IMG/VR virus record: IMGVR_UViG_3300017700_000824
Span: 1-59,824 of that record
Length of the DNA stretch: 59,824 bases
Reading direction: 5' to 3' (one strand)
From: a virus
Taxonomy: Duplodnaviria; Caudoviricetes
In this document: in pieces, positions 1 through 8,713 of the stretch
Numbering within the stretch: the stretch's first letter is position 1
How the letters are laid out: each line of letters opens with the position of its first letter
Notes under the pieces: model-generated
What the model saw: the letters and a program-made list of their open reading frames with translations, nothing else
Database searches by the model: none
What the model was told of the DNA's origin: nothing
Made by a program: the position numbers and the translations under genes

Positions 1-280
1 ATCTTTCTTTCCCACCCATTGTACCATTTAATAAATCAGAATCAAATGAACCAGTATTAGTTAATCTAAGGGTATGTTTAAGTTTTGTTAAATCAGTAAA
101 TGTCCCACCAGTATATAAATCTTTAATACGTGTTTCGTCAAAGTGGAAAATAAATCTACTATATTTATGTTCAGTTATTGAACCGCCATAAAATAATTCT
201 GTTACTGGGTTTAGACCAGTATTAACAAGTGAATTACTAACTATTGTATTGTTTTTATCGAAAAATGTACGAATTACCAT
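1..280 (-). CDS. Putative virion structural protein, partial (runs off the window start); DNRLRE-like N-terminus
   Basis: Hand translation from the ATG at 280 gives MVIRTFFDKNNTIVSNSLVNTGLNPVTELFYGG...KYSRFIFHFD, open to the window edge. Preceded by the TATTTATA motif at 292-299. Confidence 0.6.
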   Translation of the reverse strand, partial: MVIRTFFDKNNTIVSNSLVNTGLNPVTELFYGGSITEHKYSRFIFHFDETRIKDLYTGGTFTDLTKLKHTLRLTNTGSFDSDLLNGTMGGKER

Positions 281-291
281 GTTGTTTTTAT

Positions 292-299
292 TATAAATA
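292..299 (-). promoter_or_regulatory. Putative phage late promoter TATTTATA (coding strand)
   Basis: Motif 11 nt upstream of the ATG at 280; it recurs upstream of many genes in the window. Confidence 0.6.
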
Positions 300-323
300 T
301 CTATAAAACACAGTAAATATCAC

Positions 324-1346
324 TTAGTTAATACGAATATTTGAAGATAACATTGATTTCTCTAGGTCATCAGCTTTTGCTTTAAATGCTGCTATTGATT
401 GTTTATTACCAGTAGTTGTTAAATCAGTTGCTGGGTTACCACTACCATTATGTACATGGTTAAAGACAGCATCTTTGAGTAATATTAAATACTCTAATAA
501 AACATCACCAAATGGTACTTGGTGGGCTCCTTTTAATATCTCAGCTAATTCCTCATTACTGATTAAATCAGTAGGGTTAGTGGTATTAAATCTTGGGCTA
601 CCACCATCATGTGTTATCAAGTTTATTTTATTTGCTACTATATTTGTAACAGTACCTTTTTTTTCATCACTAAGATTAGTTTTAGGTGAAATTACAACAT
701 CGTTTTTAATTTGAATATAAGCTTGGGTCTTGCTATTAAACTTAAACGAATAAGGGTTGTTTTCATTAGGTGTACTTAATTCAAATTTACCAGCTCTAAG
801 AACTATTTCGTTTTTTTTCTGAGTGATTTCAGTATTATATCTACCTTGGATAGAGACATCTTCAGACCTTGGAAAAACCCCATTTAATTCTGTAATTTGA
901 TTGGGATTAATTTTTGGTGTTTGAGTCCCAAAAGTAAAACCACCTAATGCTGTATATTGAAAAGGGTCTTTATCTAATAATGGTAACTGTGATATAATAG
1001 GTCCAATATATAATCTATCAGCGTGTTGATTTTCTTTGCTTAGTGTTATTACCCAAACGACTTCTCCAATCTTAGGTTGTACTGATAGATGTTTTGGTAG
1101 CAAAGGGAAACACCAAGGTAAATTATTTAATTCAGTTGGACTAAGTTGATTGTCTGGTGTATCACCATCACCACCTGTAGATACAGGTCCTTTTATATAT
1201 ACCTTTATTCTACCAAGGCCAGTATCCTTAGCACCATAATCACTTTCGACAGCTTTAACAACACCATATCTAATTGGTGAGTAAGTATCTAAATTATTAT
1301 AAATACTCTCACCACCACGAACTACCTTAGTTGAATTATTCTCCAT
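324..1346 (-). CDS. Baseplate central spike/hub protein (T4 gp5 / GpV-like)
   Basis: N-terminal OB-fold signature GRIKV...LPWCFPLLP...PKIGEVVWV; C-terminal HxH (NHVH) apex motif typical of spike tips. Confidence 0.7.
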   Translation of the reverse strand: MENNSTKVVRGGESIYNNLDTYSPIRYGVVKAVESDYGAKDTGLGRIKVYIKGPVSTGGDGDTPDNQLSPTELNNLPWCFPLLPKHLSVQPKIGEVVWVITLSKENQHADRLYIGPIISQLPLLDKDPFQYTALGGFTFGTQTPKINPNQITELNGVFPRSEDVSIQGRYNTEITQKKNEIVLRAGKFELSTPNENNPYSFKFNSKTQAYIQIKNDVVISPKTNLSDEKKGTVTNIVANKINLITHDGGSPRFNTTNPTDLISNEELAEILKGAHQVPFGDVLLEYLILLKDAVFNHVHNGSGNPATDLTTTGNKQSIAAFKAKADDLEKSMLSSNIRIN

Positions 1347-1347
1347 A

Positions 1348-1524
1348 TTACTCTCCTTTTAAACGTTTAACTAAAATACTATTAGCTTTATCAAATGCTT
1401 TTTCGATTTCTTCCATTTTATTATAATCGTTCAACATTTTTATTTTTAATGCTTCATAATCTGCTTCAAATTGTTTTATCTTGAATAGTATTTCGTTACT
1501 TGATAATGTTTCTAAATCTTCCAT
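1348..1524 (-). CDS. Small coiled-coil hypothetical protein (58 aa, below the ORF-track cutoff)
   Basis: Hand translation MEDLETLSSNEILFKIKQFEADYEALKIKMLNDYNKMEEIEKAFDKANSILVKRLKGE*; fills the gap between co-directional genes. Confidence 0.7.
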   Translation of the reverse strand: MEDLETLSSNEILFKIKQFEADYEALKIKMLNDYNKMEEIEKAFDKANSILVKRLKGE

Positions 1525-1538
1525 GTTGTATTCTTTTA

Positions 1539-1973
1539 TTATCTTATTATACCAACACCTGTACCAATTGATGTGGTGGCACCTTGAGATGGTACTGGTG
1601 CTCCTAAATTACCAATACCTATTGTATTGACGGCAATTCCTGGTTGTACGGCCACGTCAATTACTGCTTCAGTTAATAACGCATTCACTATTTGTTGTAC
1701 CCTGATATATTCCATGGTTTCTTCAACATTTGGACCATCAGCAAATACATCACCAACAACTCTACCTGCATCTGATTGTTTACTAATAATATCAGCTGCT
1801 ATACTCTGAGCCGATAGTCCAGGACGCAACTTACCACCACTCAACACTAATGGTGGTGGTAAAGGTGTTACTGGTGTTTGTGGAATCGAAAATGCTCCTA
1901 GTATAATATTCATTATACCATTTATCGAACCTAAATTATATCCAGTGTTTGGTATTGGTTTCTCATTAGCCAT
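1539..1973 (-). CDS. Hypothetical protein, probably virion/baseplate associated
   Basis: 144-aa G/P/V-rich ORF tightly coupled to its neighbours, upstream of the spike gene. Confidence 0.6.
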   Translation of the reverse strand: MANEKPIPNTGYNLGSINGIMNIILGAFSIPQTPVTPLPPPLVLSGGKLRPGLSAQSIAADIISKQSDAGRVVGDVFADGPNVEETMEYIRVQQIVNALLTEAVIDVAVQPGIAVNTIGIGNLGAPVPSQGATTSIGTGVGIIR

Positions 1974-3394
1974 TATGCTAGATTGTTAATTATTTCTTTT
2001 ATTTTATCTTGTTGTATACCAACAAGACTTGACAACTGTGCCAATTGATTTGTGGCTTTCTCTTTTTGTCTTTTAGCTACAGCTGATGCTACTAGAAGTG
2101 CTATCTCTTTTAACGCTAACACCAATAATATTTTGATGAGTTGTTCTGATATTTTCTTCATAATAATATTCATCAAGTTTTTATTTTTTTTGATAAAATC
2201 AATTGGCCCTGAAAATGTAGCATCAGGTCCATAAACTATTTTATAATTAAGTATGAATGAAAAAATAATCTTCGGTGATAAAAATATACTAATGATTGAT
2301 TTCGTTAATGCGTTAATTATTTGTTGTATAAAATTTAGTTTTACTGTAGATACATCAGTAGGGTTTCTAACTTTATCAGCACTAGAATTAGCCATAGTGT
2401 TCAAATTATTAGTAAGAATATCTTTCTTTTGAATAACATTAGTTGCTGTTACCATTTCATCATTGAAGGTGGTTAAATCAGTAACTGGGACACTTGATGT
2501 GAGTGGTGTCGATACATTTATAGGGGTTGAACCCTTTTTCCTATTTGCCGCTTGTAATTGATGTTCATACGTTTCTTCTTTTGAAAAAACAAAGTATGAA
2601 TCATCCAGACTATTTATATCTGTGTTATTAACCATCTTGTCGATGATATCATTTATTTGGGCCTCTTGTTCTAGTTGTTTTAATGATTTACCCACGAATG
2701 ATGAAACAGAACCATATATGACATCCATAGTTTTATTAACTACATTTTCTGTATTCAATAATTTAATACCATCAACATAATTGTTATTTAAATCTGTTAA
2801 AGTTTTGGTGTCGTAACTAGAATTACTCTTAATAGTAATAGTATTGTTTGGTCGTGTATTATTACCTAAAGAATTAAAGGTAATATCGAATATGTTTTTC
2901 CATGTATGTGTTACACCGTCATCTTGTATAACACCATATAAAAATGTGTTAAAATCGGAACTGTTTAATGGTTGTGGTGTTACATCATCATATAATAATT
3001 TACCACCCACTGAATTAGGGTCAGTTCTTAGTATATCCAAGAAATCAAGTTGTTTGACTTCTATTATTATTCCAGTACCATCAGATTTAAACCATGATGG
3101 TAAGTGTGGGTCAACACCACAACTAACAATAGTTTTCAATTCAAGTTTTAATGCTTGTTTAATACTATTTTCAATCTTAGGTGTTGAGTATATTAGAGTA
3201 TCAACAATAGAACTAACTAAAATTTCATAACCAACTAATGATTTAACAAGGTCAGTTAAAAAGGTAACAACATTACCGTTATTGTTAACTGAACTAAATG
3301 ATGATGTAGGTTTTAAATTTGGAAGGCCACCTGTTAATGTTCTAAAAGCACCTATCTTACCAAATACTTCTTTCTTTTTATCAACTATAGACAT
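1973..3394 (-). CDS. Hypothetical protein, probably virion/baseplate associated
   Basis: 473-aa ORF with a 1-bp stop/start overlap with the next gene; no recognised motif. Confidence 0.65.
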   Translation of the reverse strand: MSIVDKKKEVFGKIGAFRTLTGGLPNLKPTSSFSSVNNNGNVVTFLTDLVKSLVGYEILVSSIVDTLIYSTPKIENSIKQALKLELKTIVSCGVDPHLPSWFKSDGTGIIIEVKQLDFLDILRTDPNSVGGKLLYDDVTPQPLNSSDFNTFLYGVIQDDGVTHTWKNIFDITFNSLGNNTRPNNTITIKSNSSYDTKTLTDLNNNYVDGIKLLNTENVVNKTMDVIYGSVSSFVGKSLKQLEQEAQINDIIDKMVNNTDINSLDDSYFVFSKEETYEHQLQAANRKKGSTPINVSTPLTSSVPVTDLTTFNDEMVTATNVIQKKDILTNNLNTMANSSADKVRNPTDVSTVKLNFIQQIINALTKSIISIFLSPKIIFSFILNYKIVYGPDATFSGPIDFIKKNKNLMNIIMKKISEQLIKILLVLALKEIALLVASAVAKRQKEKATNQLAQLSSLVGIQQDKIKEIINNLA

Positions 3395-3395
3395 G

Positions 3396-3788
3396 TTATT
3401 CTTCTTCTATTTCATTATCGGATTCAGAACTATCTCTCTTAATCATCTCTCTGATTGATTTAAAATCACTAAGAGATGCACCACCATCACTTCTTTCAGT
3501 AATAGCAGAATCTGCATCACCACGACTTTTAATAATATCACTTTGAAGCTTAGCTAACTCTAATTTAATTCTAATTGCTGAATCCTTAACCTTCAATAAA
3601 CTACCCTTTTCTTTGGCTATTTTAGTTATATCATCAACATCCGTAGGTGTTGAGCTGGTAGTTAACTCATTTATTGTTTTTTGTGCATCAGTAATTTGTA
3701 AACAAGCATCATTATAAGTTTCTTGCATAAGACCTTCTAATGACTCGTTATCGTTTACCTTGACATCTTGTTTCTTTTTTCTAGGCAT
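3396..3788 (-). CDS. Hypothetical helical protein
   Basis: 130-aa ORF with TATTTATA upstream (3818-3825). Confidence 0.65.
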   Translation of the reverse strand: MPRKKKQDVKVNDNESLEGLMQETYNDACLQITDAQKTINELTTSSTPTDVDDITKIAKEKGSLLKVKDSAIRIKLELAKLQSDIIKSRGDADSAITERSDGGASLSDFKSIREMIKRDSSESDNEIEEE

Positions 3789-3817
3789 GATGTAAATTTT
3801 TTATTTAATTGTTATAC

Positions 3818-3825
3818 TATAAATA
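3818..3825 (-). promoter_or_regulatory. Putative late promoter TATTTATA
   Basis: Intergenic, 29 nt upstream of the ATG at 3788. Confidence 0.6.
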
Positions 3826-3842
3826 CTTCAATTATTATTTTT

Positions 3843-4082
3843 CTACATCATAGCACCAGCTGGTGGGTTTGGTGGTGTTAAATTTCTACCTTTTTTCTTT
3901 AATGCTTCTTGAAATACTTTTGTTAATTTAGGTGGTGGTTCTGGTATGCCATTTAAATTATAATCAATTAATTCACATAACATATTAAACACTTCCATTT
4001 CATTAAAATAAACTGGTGGTTGTACGTCTTCATTTAATAATTGTTTATTAACTTTTTCGATAATTTTGCTTTTTGTACTCAT
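3843..4082 (-). CDS. Small hypothetical protein (possible head-internal protein)
   Basis: 79-aa ORF; N-terminus KIIEKVNKQLLNE; TATTTATA at 4092-4099. Confidence 0.55.
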   Translation of the reverse strand: MSTKSKIIEKVNKQLLNEDVQPPVYFNEMEVFNMLCELIDYNLNGIPEPPPKLTKVFQEALKKKGRNLTPPNPPAGAMM

Positions 4083-4100
4083 AAGTTTTACTATAAATAT

Positions 4101-4826
4101 CTATAAACCGTGATGTTTTAATATTTCATACAATTCTTTATATCGTTTCATAGCTAATCGTATATCTTTGGTTGATAAATTAGTATAGTTACGCATAGTT
4201 TCTAATACTGAATTTTTATTATACTTGGCACCACCCTTCATTGATTCAAAAGCAGTTTCCCAATTTTCTAATATTTCAATCAAAGCATACCCAACTTTTT
4301 TTTCATTTTCGTTGAGCTTTTTCTTACCTGTTTGAACTTCGTTTTCTAACTCATCTTTGATTCCATCAATAATTTTTTTGATAAACTCATCCATTGAGAA
4401 AACATCGGAGTCAATAACATATGTTAAATCTTCTCTTTCTTCTAAGTCTTCCGATATATCTTCATATGAAGATGTTTGTTTCATGTACTTCTCATCCTTG
4501 ATGAGAAGACCTAAAATGTAATTTTTACTAATCGTACCAAAATAAGAATACGCTTTTTTACCTCTTCCTTGTTCGAATTTATGTACTTTTGTCATTAAGA
4601 ATGAAACCGTATCGCTATGCAATTCGTCAAATGTTTCACCCTTCCTGTATAACTTGTACTTTCTAATAATTGATTCAATCATTTTATCGAGTGGTGCTTT
4701 TAACCATTCATTAAAAATCTGATTCCTTTCTGTTTCGTCTGTTGACTCTAAAAAATTAATAACAGCTTCTTCTTCATTTGGACCAAAGTACATTTCAGTT
4801 GTCCTTTTACGTCCTCTTTTAATCAT
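4101..4826 (-). CDS. Phage RNA polymerase sigma factor, T4 gp55-like (late sigma)
   Basis: Sigma region 2-like segment DELHSDTVSFLMTKVHKFEQGRGKKAYSYFGTISKNYI resembles gp55/sigma70 region 2 (kF.....AfsYF..I..N). Confidence 0.65.
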   Translation of the reverse strand: MIKRGRKRTTEMYFGPNEEEAVINFLESTDETERNQIFNEWLKAPLDKMIESIIRKYKLYRKGETFDELHSDTVSFLMTKVHKFEQGRGKKAYSYFGTISKNYILGLLIKDEKYMKQTSSYEDISEDLEEREDLTYVIDSDVFSMDEFIKKIIDGIKDELENEVQTGKKKLNENEKKVGYALIEILENWETAFESMKGGAKYNKNSVLETMRNYTNLSTKDIRLAMKRYKELYEILKHHGL

Positions 4827-5629
4827 TAAGCGGTTTGTTCTTGGTACGTCAACTCTCTGTCTTTAGGGAAGTAAAATTCTTTTTTAGCTTGCGCTAACCA
4901 CCATTTCGCTTCGATTGGATTAAGGGTTTCTTTATATGATGCAAACAACGACCCTTCTCTTTGATTGATATGTTTATATCCAAATTTAGGTATTACCATT
5001 GTTTTAACTGCTTTGAAGGTCATACGTAGTAAGAATTCATATATGAATGTCAATTTAATGTTTGATTTAAACCCACCAAATTCTTCAAATACTGATTTTT
5101 TAATTACAATACCATCAATGTTAAAGTTTTGATAAGCTAATAATGCATTATTATCTAGTATACCAATTTCATCTGAAAAGCTTTGTGCCCATACCGCTTC
5201 ATTGGTGAAACCAATAAATTGCCCAGCTGAATCTACATCAATAACAATTGGCATAAATAATTCTACATCTGTATGTGCTGCTCTATATTCAACAACGTTT
5301 TTAAACCAAATATTGGCGTATTCATCATCGTATTCTAAAAAGCTAACCCAAGCTGATTTTGCTACCTTAACACCATAGTTTACTTGAGAAGCAAAATCTG
5401 TGTTGCCTTCGTTTTCTGCAATAGTTACTATGTTTTTTAAATCTCCAAAATCGAGTGATTTAATGTATGTCATAACATCGCTATTTTTAGGTGCTACTAT
5501 TACCAACTCGTCAGGTCTTACTATCTGTACTCTAACGCTTTCAATTGCGTTATCAAATAATTTTTTAGTTTCTTCGTTTAATTCGTGTACTGGAAGTACA
5601 ACTGATATTTCTGTTTTATTTGTTTCCAT
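4826..5629 (-). CDS. Glycosyltransferase, GT-A fold (GT2-like)
   Basis: ISVVLPVH N-terminus, NYGVKVAKSAWVSFLEYDD (DxD-equivalent), FEEFGGF. Confidence 0.8.
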   Translation of the reverse strand: METNKTEISVVLPVHELNEETKKLFDNAIESVRVQIVRPDELVIVAPKNSDVMTYIKSLDFGDLKNIVTIAENEGNTDFASQVNYGVKVAKSAWVSFLEYDDEYANIWFKNVVEYRAAHTDVELFMPIVIDVDSAGQFIGFTNEAVWAQSFSDEIGILDNNALLAYQNFNIDGIVIKKSVFEEFGGFKSNIKLTFIYEFLLRMTFKAVKTMVIPKFGYKHINQREGSLFASYKETLNPIEAKWWLAQAKKEFYFPKDRELTYQEQTA

Positions 5630-5639
5630 ATTTTAGTTA

Positions 5640-6791
5640 TTAATTATTAACTTTAGTTGATTCTGCTATTTGATTTTCAATATTTGAAATCAATGTCTCA
5701 AATTCTGTTTTTCTATAAGCAAATAACGTATTATATGTGCTTTTTAAAGCCTCTAATTGGTTTTCAGGTGTGTATTTACCAGCACTTTCTTTCATGCTGT
5801 TAATTAAGTCGGTAGGTACCGAATCTTCTAACCAAAGTTTAATATATGTTGCAATAAGTTCTGGGATGTTAAGCGTAGTATTTGTCCATACACCATTATT
5901 ATTAATCACATAATCTTCACCATCTTTTGTTTCCATCCATTCTGGAATCATATTAGGCATTTTACCGATTACAGGTGTTTGACATTCCATTGCCTCAAGT
6001 GGGAAGGTACCAAATCCAGATTGGTCGTCAATCCAAACAGCTAAACAAGATTTACTTAATTCATTTGCGAACTGTTCTCTTGGAATACCTCTTAATTCTT
6101 TAAATGTTATCCATTTGTATAATGGATATTGTAAGTAGAATGATTTAGCAATCTTAGCTACATCACCTTGATTTCTTGTTAGAATACTAACAATTGGCAT
6201 CTTAGGTTTGTCGCTAGGTTTAAAGTAACTAGGAATTGAAGGTGGGACTATGTATGTTCTAATTGATGGAAATAAGTTCATCAAATAGCTAGCTTGTTTT
6301 TGACTAGTTGTGATAACATCATTAAATCCATAATCAGTATTCCATCTTTTACCAATTGGTAATAACTCCAATAAGTAATCATAACTTTGTGATAACACTA
6401 TTTTCTTACATGGGAAAGTTTTAACTTGGTCCATGATATTAGAGAAAATTTCTGGTATGATAATAAAATCACATGGAGCGATTGATAGTTGTTGACTTTC
6501 GATTGATACGTGTGGTAAAGCAGCGTATTCTTCTCCAAGCCAATCAGAGATACCTTGTCCGTTCTCATCTCCTTTTAATCTATAATCATTCTTCTCATGT
6601 AAGATATAAGCTTTATGACCTAAATCGGTAAGCATCTTAACATGTTCATAGATGTTTGCGATACCAGCTGTTGGGTTTCCCTTTGTATCTAGTGTAAAAA
6701 AATACAAACTAAAATCGTTATTATTTAATTTTTCAATCAAGTCTTTTGCTTGAATGATTTGGTCTTGAAATTGTTTCAATTGTTCTTCCAT
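5640..6791 (-). CDS. Glycosyltransferase, GT-B fold (GT4-like)
   Basis: PTAGIANIYEHVKML N-terminal loop; GFGTFPLEAMECQTPVIG C-terminal motif. Confidence 0.8.
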   Translation of the reverse strand: MEEQLKQFQDQIIQAKDLIEKLNNNDFSLYFFTLDTKGNPTAGIANIYEHVKMLTDLGHKAYILHEKNDYRLKGDENGQGISDWLGEEYAALPHVSIESQQLSIAPCDFIIIPEIFSNIMDQVKTFPCKKIVLSQSYDYLLELLPIGKRWNTDYGFNDVITTSQKQASYLMNLFPSIRTYIVPPSIPSYFKPSDKPKMPIVSILTRNQGDVAKIAKSFYLQYPLYKWITFKELRGIPREQFANELSKSCLAVWIDDQSGFGTFPLEAMECQTPVIGKMPNMIPEWMETKDGEDYVINNNGVWTNTTLNIPELIATYIKLWLEDSVPTDLINSMKESAGKYTPENQLEALKSTYNTLFAYRKTEFETLISNIENQIAESTKVNN

Positions 6792-6801
6792 ATTTTTGTG
6801 T

Positions 6802-7158
6802 TTATTCTTTTTCTTTTATTATACCGTAATTATACAGTGTGTTAAATGCTATTTTAAATGAGAATGATGTTGATTCCAAAGCTCTTTCAGCACCAAGTGA
6901 TGTATCTGCTTCATCATCGTAATCGACAACTACTTCAAATAGTGTTCTGATTAAATCAAATTTAGTAGCATCAATTTCTTTACCTCTATCGCTAACAGTT
7001 TCAGTTATTTCAGTCCCAATAACAGAACCCATGTCGTTTGTAACAGTTTTAGTTTCTGTTGTTGTCATTTTATCTGTTGATTTGCTGCCTTGCAAGGTAA
7101 TCGCTTTATCAAAAGCTGCTAAATCAATATAGTATGTTATACCACCAAAATCAATCAT
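6802..7158 (-). CDS. Hypothetical protein
   Basis: 118-aa ORF in the operon; no motif recognised. Confidence 0.65.
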   Translation of the reverse strand: MIDFGGITYYIDLAAFDKAITLQGSKSTDKMTTTETKTVTNDMGSVIGTEITETVSDRGKEIDATKFDLIRTLFEVVVDYDDEADTSLGAERALESTSFSFKIAFNTLYNYGIIKEKE

Positions 7159-7159
7159 A

Positions 7160-7771
7160 TTATTTTATATCTTCGTAAGTTGCTGTTGTTATTTTTGTCA
7201 AAATCTTATTACGTAATTCTACGTCTTTAAAGAATTCAAGGATTGAGCCAATTTCGTAATCAGCTTTAGAATCTGTGTTATATGTAGCTTTAATCTTAAC
7301 ACTTGTTTTATTGCTTGGTTTGGCAGCTAAGGCTAAAGGATTTGCTGTAATTAACACATCTATCCCATCCCATTTATCTTCGTATTTTTTTACAAAACGA
7401 ATATTGTTAACTCTACAACCAGTTTTAGATAGGAAAAAAAGTGTTGATGGGATTGCTTTATCGACTTCACGACTTACTAACTCAATAGTATGTTCTTCAT
7501 CAAATTCGATATCACTTAAAAATAGATTTAAGTGATTGATTAATCCATCAGTTAATTGGTCGGCATGACCAAAAATTTCTAATGGTGCTTCTAAGTATAA
7601 GAAGTTATTTAATTTGTCGATATCATCAAATTTAAAATGATTTAGTAAATTAAATGTTGTTATATCTTCAGATTTAGTGTCTGTTTTTTCGATATATTTA
7701 TCGTATGTGTATGAAAACTGACCTACGAAATCACGTAGGACTTCATTCAGACTGATACCAATTCTAGCCAT
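7160..7771 (-). CDS. HAD-fold 5'(3')-deoxyribonucleotidase (NT5C)-like protein with a degenerate catalytic motif
   Basis: RIGISLNEVLRDF aligns by eye to IxxDxDGVLxDF; IELVSR and DVLIT match the HAD motif II and IV positions. Confidence 0.5.
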   Translation of the reverse strand: MARIGISLNEVLRDFVGQFSYTYDKYIEKTDTKSEDITTFNLLNHFKFDDIDKLNNFLYLEAPLEIFGHADQLTDGLINHLNLFLSDIEFDEEHTIELVSREVDKAIPSTLFFLSKTGCRVNNIRFVKKYEDKWDGIDVLITANPLALAAKPSNKTSVKIKATYNTDSKADYEIGSILEFFKDVELRNKILTKITTATYEDIK

Positions 7772-7772
7772 T

Positions 7773-7822
7773 ACTTATTAATTATTGCCATTGTTATTAT
7801 CTCACAACAATAATTAATAAGT
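7773..7822. repeat. 15-bp perfect inverted repeat directly upstream of the 7771 start codon
   Basis: ACTTATTAATTATTG (7773-7787) and CAATAATTAATAAGT (7808-7822). Confidence 0.75.
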
Positions 7823-7841
7823 GGTATAAGTAAAGTAAAAA

Positions 7842-8666
7842 TTAATTAAATTTCAAAAATTTTGCAATTTTACCAAAGAATGTTATATTTCTAGGCTTTT
7901 CAACGATTAGTTTTTTGCTTTTTTCTCTTTCATCGTTATATTTGTCAAAGATATTTTCAATAACTTTAACCAATGGATGTCTGATAATATCATCTTTAGT
8001 AAACTCAATAGCTCCTATTTTTTCTATATTTTTAAAGCGTTTCATTAAGAATTCTAATGCGCTATCATATTTGTTTTTTGAGTCGATTTGTTTAACATCA
8101 CCTAAAAATATCATCTTACTATTTTCACCTAATCTAGTTAAAATAGTTCGGATATTATCAATGCTAATATTTTGAACCTCATCTATAATAACAATAGCGT
8201 TATCAATATTAACACCCCTTAAATAAGCAATAGGTAAAATTTCTATTTGTTTTTCAGTCTTAAGTGTTTCATACAAAGCCTTACCTATAATTTTTTCGAA
8301 ATTACCAGCAAAAGAATACATAAAAGGTTCCATTTTTTCTTCCATCGTACCTTTTAAGAAACCAATCTCTTCAGTTTTTAATGTAGTAACAGATTTTACT
8401 AAAACTATTTTTTTGATATTGTCATTAGATTTTAGTTCATTCAATGCTTGTTGACAAGAAATATATGTTTTACCAGTACCAGCAGGTCCACTACAAATAG
8501 TTATATCATTTTTCTTAATAGATTGAGTGAGTTCTTTTTGTCTCTCATTTTTATGTTTTATATCTAATTTTATTGCTGAAAGTAAATTGATATTTGAACC
8601 AGAATAACTTACATTTTGAATGTCTGTGGTTCTTTTTGTCTTAGAAACTATTGGTTTTCTACTCAT
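7842..8666 (-). CDS. phoH: PhoH-family ATPase
   Basis: GPAGTGKT, IGFLKG, AYLRG, IIDEVQN, TRLGENSK, GDVKQID and RHPLV motifs. Confidence 0.95.
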   Translation of the reverse strand: MSRKPIVSKTKRTTDIQNVSYSGSNINLLSAIKLDIKHKNERQKELTQSIKKNDITICSGPAGTGKTYISCQQALNELKSNDNIKKIVLVKSVTTLKTEEIGFLKGTMEEKMEPFMYSFAGNFEKIIGKALYETLKTEKQIEILPIAYLRGVNIDNAIVIIDEVQNISIDNIRTILTRLGENSKMIFLGDVKQIDSKNKYDSALEFLMKRFKNIEKIGAIEFTKDDIIRHPLVKVIENIFDKYNDEREKSKKLIVEKPRNITFFGKIAKFLKFN

Positions 8667-8679
8667 GTATGATTTTTAT

Positions 8680-8687
8680 TATAAATA
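8680..8687 (-). promoter_or_regulatory. Putative late promoter TATTTATA upstream of phoH
   Basis: 13 nt upstream of the ATG at 8666. Confidence 0.55.
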
Positions 8688-8713
8688 TCTTATGTCTTGT
8701 AATTCTCTAATTT

